This document shows, in pieces, positions 1-6,596 of a stretch of 11,415 nt of DNA. Position 1 is the first letter of the stretch. Each line of letters begins with the position of its first letter. Source of the stretch: Promethearchaeota archaeon (GTDB lineage: Archaea; Asgardarchaeota; Lokiarchaeia; Sigyniarchaeales; SOKP01); the NCBI GenBank assembly GCA_004524535.1, contig SDNY01000110.1, positions 1 through 11,415 of the forward strand, read 5' to 3'. The notes beneath the pieces are model-generated. The model saw only the letters and a program-made list of their open reading frames with translations, had not been told where the DNA came from and did not search any database. A program made the position numbers and the translations under genes.

Positions 1-100
1 AATAGAATTTTCTACTTACACTAATTTTCATTGGTATTTTATATCCATTTTCTTCTTACATCCATTTAATAAAAGGGTAAACAAGACATACCAGATAGAA

Positions 101-120
101 GAAAAAGCTCTATATATAAG
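101..120 (+). promoter_or_regulatory. Candidate archaeal BRE/TATA promoter upstream of enolase
   Basis: GAAAAAGC-TC-TATATATAAG resembles a purine-rich BRE followed by a TATA box. It would imply a leader of about 140 nt, and the AT-rich background weakens the call. Confidence 0.3.
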
Positions 121-285
121 TTATGTCGCTTTATTCCACATTAAGATGAAGTAAAAAAAGAAGGGTTTTTTAAAAAAATTCTTATGTGATTTCCGACTAA
201 ATACGATAGAGATAAAAATAATTATTTTATCTTGTAAAGTCAAGGAATTAATAAATATTATTAAAAAAAAACAGAGTAAATATTT

Positions 286-1593
286 ATGGTTGATTTTAAA
301 ATAAAAAAAATTAAATCTAGATGGATTTTAGATTCTCGCGGAAATCCAACTGTAGAAACAGACGTATATGCTGAAGATTGTTTTGGAAGATCTGCAGTAC
401 CTTCAGGAGCCTCAACAGGGGTTTTAGAAGCCCTTGAATTAAGGGATGGGGGAAAAGCTTTTTTAGGTAAACATGTTACCAAAGCTGTCTCTAATGTAAA
501 CAACATAATAGCGAACAAATTAATAGGATTCGATGTCAGGGATCAGAAAAAAATTGATGAGCAATTGATAGCTATTGATGGAACTGAAAATAAAAGTAAA
601 TTGGGTGCTAATGCGATATTATCAGTTTCTTTAGCAGTTGCGAAATTAGCAGCAAAATTATCCGATAAACCCTTATTTGCACATTTGTATGAATTAAGCT
701 ATGGTAAAAGTAGAGAAGATTATCTTCTACCTCTGCCGTGTTCTAATGTCTTAAATGGAGGGGAACACGCAGGAAATAATTTAGCAATCCAAGAATTTAT
801 GATATTACCAATCGGAGCAAAATCATTTTCTGGAGCTATACAAAATGTTGCTGAAGTTTATCAAACGCTTAAAGGTCTTTTATCTAAGAAATATGGTAGA
901 CCATCTGTTAATGTTGGGGACGAAGGAGGATTTGCCCCGAATTTATCTTTAACTAGAGATGCTATTGACATAATCATCGATGGAATTGAAGAGGCAGGAT
1001 TTATGATGGGAACCGATTTTGTATTAGGAATAGATGCCGCTGCTAGTGAATTTTATAAAGATGATGAATATTATAATATTGATGGAAAAAAATTAACAGA
1101 AGAAGAGTTATTACAATATTATTTGGATTTGACTCATGATTACCCATTAAACTCAATTGAAGACCCGTTTGACGAAAAAGCATTTAGTGGTTTTACACAC
1201 TTAACTGCTAAAGTTGGAAAATCAATCCAAATTGTAGATGACGACATTACTGTTACTAATATCAAAATTCTCGAAAGGGCAATTAATGAAAAAGCAGGAA
1301 ATGCATTGCTACTTAAAGTTAACCAAATTGGAAGTCTAACTGAAGCAATTAAAGCTGCTAAAATGTCTTTTGAGCATGGATTTAATGTAATGGTATCTCA
1401 TCGTTCTGGGGAAACTGAAGACACTTTTATTGCGGATTTAGCTGTTGGACTCTGCTCAGGTCAAATAAAGACTGGGGCCCCTTGCAGAACTGATAGGAAT
1501 TGTAAATTTAATCAACTTCTTAGAATTGAAGAGATTTTAGGAGAAAACGCAAAGTATCCTAAGAATTTCGGTTCTTGGAAGAATTTTCAGTAA
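286..1593 (+). CDS. eno: Enolase (phosphopyruvate hydratase)
   Basis: 435 aa with DSRGNPTVE, PSGASTG, GDEGGF, DAAASEF, SIEDPF, LLKVNQIG, SHRSGETED and GQIKTGAP motifs. Confidence 0.99.
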   Translation: MVDFKIKKIKSRWILDSRGNPTVETDVYAEDCFGRSAVPSGASTGVLEALELRDGGKAFLGKHVTKAVSNVNNIIANKLIGFDVRDQKKIDEQLIAIDGTENKSKLGANAILSVSLAVAKLAAKLSDKPLFAHLYELSYGKSREDYLLPLPCSNVLNGGEHAGNNLAIQEFMILPIGAKSFSGAIQNVAEVYQTLKGLLSKKYGRPSVNVGDEGGFAPNLSLTRDAIDIIIDGIEEAGFMMGTDFVLGIDAAASEFYKDDEYYNIDGKKLTEEELLQYYLDLTHDYPLNSIEDPFDEKAFSGFTHLTAKVGKSIQIVDDDITVTNIKILERAINEKAGNALLLKVNQIGSLTEAIKAAKMSFEHGFNVMVSHRSGETEDTFIADLAVGLCSGQIKTGAPCRTDRNCKFNQLLRIEEILGENAKYPKNFGSWKNFQ

Positions 1594-1618
1594 ATCCTAA
1601 TCTCATTTTCTTCCCATC

Positions 1619-2257
1619 TTATTGCTTTAAGAACCTATAAATATTCACTTCTATTTTCTTTATTTTTCGAGTATGAAATTTGAATGATTTTTCTAAAATC
1701 ATATTAAACGGAATAACATTATCAACTCTCCAATTGAATTTTTTTATGTAATTGAGAATAAATTTATGAACATTTTTATTTGCAAGGTGAATCGAGTAAA
1801 CGACATCTGAAAATGAAAATGCTTTCTCTAAAAAGATTCTATCAGCTGTTTTATGTTGAACTCCAAAAGGAGGATTCATAATAGTTGTAATTTTCAGATT
1901 TTTAGGTATCAATAATTTAGAAATTTCAAGATATTTTACTTCAGCACATATGGGAAAAATAATATGTTCAAGACCAAGTTTTTTTATATTATTTTTTAAT
2001 ATACATAAAGCTTTCCAATCCTTATCTATACTTAAGATGCAACTAGCTCTCATTAAGGCACTTGCTATTGATAATCTCCCCGTTCCGGCACCAAGATCAA
2101 AAATTAGTTTATTTTTTATATCGTTGAATTCGAAACCAGCAAAAAATATAAGATCTACAGCACATGTAGCGTCTATAGTATACTGTTCTAATTTTATTTT
2201 TGGCTCAATAAAGGTTTGGGTGTTTTGGATTATAGAAATTAAATCTTTCTTGTTAAT
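1619..2257 (-). CDS. METTL5-family SAM-dependent N6-adenine (probable rRNA) methyltransferase; start extended beyond the ORF-track call at 2053
   Basis: Manual translation upstream of 2053 stays open to 2299 (TAA at 2302-2300) and gives INKKDLISIIQNTQTFIEPKIKLEQYTI...IFDLGAGTGRLSIASAL. LEQY is at 2180-2191, SAM motif I DLGAGTG at 2078-2098 and catalytic NPPF at 1865-1876. The start at ATT 2257 is inferred and gives 212 aa. Confidence 0.9.
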   Translation of the reverse strand: MNKKDLISIIQNTQTFIEPKIKLEQYTIDATCAVDLIFFAGFEFNDIKNKLIFDLGAGTGRLSIASALMRASCILSIDKDWKALCILKNNIKKLGLEHIIFPICAEVKYLEISKLLIPKNLKITTIMNPPFGVQHKTADRIFLEKAFSFSDVVYSIHLANKNVHKFILNYIKKFNWRVDNVIPFNMILEKSFKFHTRKIKKIEVNIYRFLKQ

Positions 2258-2352
2258 TTTAAAATCCGCTCTATTACAATTAATTATGAATAAATTTATT
2301 TACATTATAACATAATATTTACTTAAAATAAAGATCTATTGTTATTTTTTAT

Positions 2353-2955
2353 ATGCCAAATAGAAAACAAATTAAAAATAAGGATATCGCTGTCACAGGA
2401 CAATATCTAGGGGTTATAGAAGAGTATATCAGTAATGAGCAATCTACATACGTTAAAGAAGGTCAAATTTTTGCGACTAAGACTGGCATGATTTCAATAG
2501 ACGATAAAAAACGACAAATTGAAATAGAAACACATCAAGAAAAAGATAGAAAAACCGTTAAAATCGGAGATATTGTTATTGGGACTGTCGTTTTTTTGCG
2601 GAAATTTTCTATAGGAATTACGTTTAATACTATCAATCAAAAGATTCATTTTAATTCTTCATATTTTGGTAATACTCATGTTTCTCAAATATCTAATAAA
2701 TATATAGATAAAATTAACGATGCTTTTCAAATTACGGATATCATTAGGGCCAAGGTTACAAAAAAAAGTGCAAATGAGTATACTTTAAGTACAGTAGGCA
2801 AAAATTTTGGAGTAGTACATGCTGATTGTTCGATCTGTGGAACAGAACTTAATAAAATCGGACATGATAAATTAAAATGCGACTTTTGTGGGAACATTGA
2901 AAAAAGAAAACTTGCTTTAGATTATGGAAATGTAGCTCATAAATTAAGGTTCTAA
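2353..2955 (+). CDS. csl4: Exosome complex RNA-binding subunit Csl4
   Basis: 200 aa. N-terminal GQYLGVIEEY, S1 domain (GDIVIGTV...HVSQIS...FQITDIIRAKV), GVVHA, C-terminal Zn ribbon CSIC...CDFC and EKRKLA. Adjacent to rpoL. Confidence 0.95.
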   Translation: MPNRKQIKNKDIAVTGQYLGVIEEYISNEQSTYVKEGQIFATKTGMISIDDKKRQIEIETHQEKDRKTVKIGDIVIGTVVFLRKFSIGITFNTINQKIHFNSSYFGNTHVSQISNKYIDKINDAFQITDIIRAKVTKKSANEYTLSTVGKNFGVVHADCSICGTELNKIGHDKLKCDFCGNIEKRKLALDYGNVAHKLRF

Positions 2956-2963
2956 TTTTTTTT
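2956..2963 (+). terminator. Oligo-T tract directly after the csl4 stop, possible intrinsic terminator
   Basis: T8 run immediately following TAA. Confidence 0.3.
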
Positions 2964-3021
2964 CTAATTATCTATCAATCAATTTATTGTTTTTTAATTA
3001 TTAAATAGGTGTTAACAATTA

Positions 3022-3243
3022 TTGCCTAGATCTGGTAAAAAAGTTATTCATTTTTATAATTCAAGCGGAAATTTGGAAAATACAATAAAATTTCTTGAAA
3101 AAATTCAAGAAAAGGTAAATTACATTAATTTAAATGCAACAGTTTCTGGTAAGAGTATTAAGATCACAATATATGGATCTAGGGATCTTCAATATTTGGC
3201 TTGTGAAAGATTACGTAATTTAGCAGAAATATATTTGTGTTAA
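3022..3243 (+). CDS. Small hypothetical protein resembling the N-terminal domain of DUF2067 proteins
   Basis: 73 aa, TTG start preceded by SD-like AGGTG (3008-3012). It sits between csl4 and rpoL, where DUF2067 genes occur in other archaea. The pattern KKVI...FLEKIQ...SIKITIYGSRD matches my recollection of the DUF2067 N-terminus (not searched). Confidence 0.65.
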   Translation: MPRSGKKVIHFYNSSGNLENTIKFLEKIQEKVNYINLNATVSGKSIKITIYGSRDLQYLACERLRNLAEIYLC

Positions 3244-3330
3244 TTTCATTTCAATACTAAAAAATACCATAAAACATTTATTTTATTTTTCATTAGGATT
3301 GATAAGTTCGAATAGTTTAAAGTTATTATA

Positions 3331-3834
3331 ATGGCAAAGAAAAGAATTAAAAAAGAATCAGAAGAAGAATTAGAAGACGATATAGGAGATTTAGAAGAGG
3401 AAGAAGTTGAGATTGAACTTCCTAAAATAACTAAAAAATCGCCTAAAGACGAAAAAGAACTAGAGGAAACTTTTTCAATAACTTCAGAGTTAGAAGAAGA
3501 GGAGGATGAAGAGGAGTTAGAATTTGAGCTCGAAAAAAAGCCTGAATTTCCTGACTATAAATATCTTGATCTAAAGATTCATGAAGTAACAGAAAATAAT
3601 TATGAAATTGAAATTATTGGGCAATCGCATGGATTTTGTAATATTCTTGTTAAACATCTCTTAAATATCGAAGGGGTGAACATAGCAGCATATAAAATGA
3701 CTGGTTTAGAACCCCCTAAAATTTATTTAAGTCTCAAAAATGGTCATAAAATTAAAGATATATTACATAAAGGGATTGAATCGCTTAGAGAAGAAGTTAT
3801 AGAGGTCAAAAAACATTTTCAAAAACTCATGTAA
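3331..3834 (+). CDS. rpoL: DNA-directed RNA polymerase subunit L (Rpo11; RPB11/AC19 family) with long acidic N-terminal extension
   Basis: The C-terminal ~90 aa (YEIEIIGQSHGFCNILVKHLL...VNIAAYK) fits the GExHTxxNLL...VxxAAY family signature. Conserved position downstream of csl4. Confidence 0.88.
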   Translation: MAKKRIKKESEEELEDDIGDLEEEEVEIELPKITKKSPKDEKELEETFSITSELEEEEDEEELEFELEKKPEFPDYKYLDLKIHEVTENNYEIEIIGQSHGFCNILVKHLLNIEGVNIAAYKMTGLEPPKIYLSLKNGHKIKDILHKGIESLREEVIEVKKHFQKLM

Positions 3835-3845
3835 ACATATTAATG

Positions 3846-3853
3846 CTTTTTTT
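3846..3853 (+). terminator. Oligo-T tract after rpoL, possible terminator
   Basis: T8 run about 11 nt after the stop codon. Confidence 0.25.
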
Positions 3854-3892
3854 ATGAAAAATTTTTAAGAAGTTAAAATTCTACTTACTATA

Positions 3893-4345
3893 ATGGTTTA
3901 TGAGTTTTTAATTAGCGATTTAAACAAGATTAAAACGCAAAAAAGTATTGGAACTGATAAAGGATTAGCTAAAATAGGAGATGGGATAGTTAATCTAGCA
4001 TATTCAGTGGCAAAATCAATTTATTTAACAAGAAACAACTCAAATAAAGAAGTCGTGCGTACTGGATTAAAAGTGAGTAAAAAAATTTTATCTAACGCTT
4101 TAAAAAATGCAAATATGAAAAGTTTTGCTAAAAATAGGGCTGATGCTCATGATCTTGCAAATACCGTAGAGGCTATTGTGGCTTATGTTTGGCTAATTAA
4201 TAAAATGTCTTTAAAAGAAATTATTGATTTTTTAACCGAAAATTTTTCTGGAAATCTACAAGGTAGAATTGATGAGATAAATAATGCCATAAATGCTTTT
4301 ACAAATCTTTTGAATTACACAAAAAAATTCTTACCCGAAAATTAA
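3893..4345 (+). CDS. Archaeal stand-alone RNase III-domain (Mini-III-like) protein
   Basis: 150 aa with DKGLAKIGDGIVNLAYS and LANTVEAIVAY motifs. No dsRNA-binding domain. Confidence 0.8.
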   Translation: MVYEFLISDLNKIKTQKSIGTDKGLAKIGDGIVNLAYSVAKSIYLTRNNSNKEVVRTGLKVSKKILSNALKNANMKSFAKNRADAHDLANTVEAIVAYVWLINKMSLKEIIDFLTENFSGNLQGRIDEINNAINAFTNLLNYTKKFLPEN

Positions 4346-4348
4346 AAT

Positions 4349-4912
4349 ATGAAAGAAAATCCTATTACAATCGGATTTGATGATGCCCCTTTTAAGCTAA
4401 AATCGACTGAGAGAAAAACAACTCAGTTAATAGGTGTTGTTTGTCAAGGGACAAGAATGGTCAATGTAGTTAGAAGAGAAATTGAGATCGATAGTTATGA
4501 CGCGACTGAAGCTTTAATTGAACTCACAAAACAAAATGAACTTCATGTTCAATATATTTTAACTGACACGATAACATTTGCTGGATTTAATATTATTGAT
4601 TTAAATGAAATTTATAATAAAATAAAAAAACCAATAATTGCTATTACTGAAAAAGAAGTTAATCTGGAATCAGTAAAAAATGCATTAATAAAGAAATTTC
4701 CAAATAATTATGAATTAAAATTTCAAAAAATAATTAATGCGGGAAATTTATATGAGACAGATATTGAGACTGCCGGAGGGTTATCAAGGATTTATTTTCA
4801 TTCTAAAGGAATTAATCCTGATGAGGTTGAATTGTTATTGCAAAAAATATGTATTGATTCAAAACTTCCCGAGCCGGTTCGTCTCGCACATATAATAGGA
4901 AAATTATTTTGA
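4349..4912 (+). CDS. DUF99/UPF0215 family protein (endonuclease V-like fold)
   Basis: 187 aa with IGFDDAPF, LIGVV, LTDTITFAGFNIID and SKLPEPVRLAHII motifs. Confidence 0.9.
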   Translation: MKENPITIGFDDAPFKLKSTERKTTQLIGVVCQGTRMVNVVRREIEIDSYDATEALIELTKQNELHVQYILTDTITFAGFNIIDLNEIYNKIKKPIIAITEKEVNLESVKNALIKKFPNNYELKFQKIINAGNLYETDIETAGGLSRIYFHSKGINPDEVELLLQKICIDSKLPEPVRLAHIIGKLF

Positions 4913-4929
4913 GAAGAAAAAATAAAAGT

Positions 4930-5406
4930 TTAATCTGTTCTCATCTCATATTCTAAAATATCCCTAATTCTATGACGTAGCTCAGGACGAATTGCGCTCA
5001 TTCCATAAGTTCTTACTCCTAATCTCTTTTGTACTTCCTTTTCGCTAAGAACATTCGGAAGATCTTGCTTATTCGCTATGACAATAATTTTTGCTCTTAT
5101 ATGTCGTGAGAATCTTTCAAAGATTTCTTTACACTGAGAAATATTCTTTTCTGTGGAATCTGTAACCAATACAGCTAAACCCGCGCCTCTCAAAAAATCT
5201 TTCCACATGAATCTAAACCTATTTTGACCTCCAAAATCCCATATAGATACCTTGCCATAAGAACCCAAGCATCTTGTATTAATATTTAATCCAATAGTTG
5301 GAGTTCTTTTATTCGAGACTTCTTCTCCATGTAATAATTTTAGTAAACTAGACTTCCCGACTCCACTCTCTCCAATAAAACATATTTTATTCTTAATTTG
5401 GATCAT
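4930..5406 (-). CDS. Ras-superfamily small GTPase, Arf-related
   Basis: G1 GESGVGKS, G2 TPTIG, G3 WDFGGQ, G4 NKQD, G5 SAI. ATG at 5406 (alternative TTG at 5412); an in-frame TAG at 5424-5422 excludes a longer N-terminus. Confidence 0.93.
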   Translation of the reverse strand: MIQIKNKICFIGESGVGKSSLLKLLHGEEVSNKRTPTIGLNINTRCLGSYGKVSIWDFGGQNRFRFMWKDFLRGAGLAVLVTDSTEKNISQCKEIFERFSRHIRAKIIVIANKQDLPNVLSEKEVQKRLGVRTYGMSAIRPELRHRIRDILEYEMRTD

Positions 5407-5487
5407 TTTCAATCGAGTCTTCTATTAATTAATTTGTTATTTAGAAGACACAAATTATATCTCAAAAAATAGAATAATATGGAGGTA

Positions 5488-5685
5488 TTACCTTTCGAAT
5501 AAATTTAAATAATAAATTAATATCTGGAGGACACCCGTGATTTTTAGGGGGACTAAATCATACGGATCATAATAAGCTTCTATAATACAAAAAGCGATAA
5601 GAAAAATACAGAAACCAAAAAAAATAACTAAAAATAAAATATTTAAAAATTCAAATTGTATAACATAATATCTGACACTTAACAT
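5488..5685 (-). CDS. Possible small membrane protein
   Basis: 65-aa ATG-started ORF filling an otherwise empty gap, with a ~22-residue hydrophobic stretch (FLNILFLVIFFGFCIFLIAFCII) and a second shorter one. T-rich non-coding DNA can mimic this. Confidence 0.35.
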   Translation of the reverse strand: MLSVRYYVIQFEFLNILFLVIFFGFCIFLIAFCIIEAYYDPYDLVPLKITGVLQILIYYLNLFER

Positions 5686-5713
5686 AGGAAATTTATTTAA
5701 AAAGTGTTTTTAA

Positions 5714-6595
5714 ATGAGTCAAGAATTCAGATATTACGATTTACAACTTAAAAATAGCTCCAAAAATATAGAAATTGTTTTTCCAAGATGGAAACATAGT
5801 GAGGAGAACTTAGTTATTTTTTCTCCTCACGATGATGATGTTATATTAGGAGCGGGATATATTCTACTCGCAGCATTAAGATCTGGAGCAAATGTATTTA
5901 TATTAATATTCAATGATGGTTCAGCGGGGTATTCTAAGATTGCATTGAAAGATGAAATAATCAATACTCGAAAGTTGGAGACTCTGAATGCATTAAAGAT
6001 TTTAGGTATTGAGAAAGATAAAATAATTAGGTTTAATATTCCAGATTTTTCAGGAATTCATTATTTAGGTTGGAAATTTCCATGGAAAAAAGAAGATAAT
6101 AGAGAAAGTGAAGGTTTATTTTCAAAAGTAATTAGTACTTTAAGGAATATTAAAGCTACAAGATTAGTATTTCCAAATGGATATAGAGAACACATCGATC
6201 ACACAGCAGTTTACTTAAGTGCTATGTTTGATGGTCCCCAAGTAGGGGATTCAGTAATTATTGATTATGGTGAACCTTCAAAAATCCATACTTTTCTACA
6301 ATATAGCGTGTGGTCAAAATTCTCACCAGAAAATTCTATCTTAAAAAAACGAAATACAAGAATTAGAGCAAATAAAGCAATAAGTGTCAATAAAAAGATT
6401 GAGGATATCATTTCTGAAGCCCTAAGAGAATTTAAAACGCAAAAAGAAATTATTTCTAATATAATGGATGTTAGAAAAGAACGAAAAATGGAAGATGGTG
6501 AGAGATTCATAGAATTATATTTGAGTATTGATCCAAGACCCCAATTTGATTATAATCCATATAAAAAACTAATTTCAGAAATAGATTTGAAGTAA
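5714..6595 (+). CDS. PIG-L/LmbE family metal-dependent N-deacetylase
   Basis: 293 aa with FSPHDDDV (HxDD, H39-D42), DGSAG, RKLE (RxxE), PD and HIDH (H160-H163). Confidence 0.9.
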   Translation: MSQEFRYYDLQLKNSSKNIEIVFPRWKHSEENLVIFSPHDDDVILGAGYILLAALRSGANVFILIFNDGSAGYSKIALKDEIINTRKLETLNALKILGIEKDKIIRFNIPDFSGIHYLGWKFPWKKEDNRESEGLFSKVISTLRNIKATRLVFPNGYREHIDHTAVYLSAMFDGPQVGDSVIIDYGEPSKIHTFLQYSVWSKFSPENSILKKRNTRIRANKAISVNKKIEDIISEALREFKTQKEIISNIMDVRKERKMEDGERFIELYLSIDPRPQFDYNPYKKLISEIDLK

Positions 6596-6596
6596 G

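Noticed and set aside
1-31. Possible minus-strand gene start (MKISVSRKFY) leaving the window
   Set aside because: Only 10 codons are visible, which is not enough to support a call.
210-232. Imperfect palindrome AGATAAAAATAATTATTTTATCT upstream of eno
   Set aside because: Almost all A/T and seen only once; plausible by chance, though an operator cannot be excluded.
261-518. 85-aa minus-strand ORF
   Set aside because: Antisense shadow of enolase with no recognisable motifs.
1950-2315. 121-aa plus-strand ORF
   Set aside because: Antisense to the extended METTL5 frame, which carries the conserved motifs.
4910-4912. TGA stop of DUF99 as possible selenocysteine recoding
   Set aside because: It falls at the normal family C-terminus, the convergent gene ends 17 nt later, and no SECIS-like stem is visible.
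6265-6510. 81-aa minus-strand ORF
   Set aside because: Antisense shadow inside the PIG-L gene.
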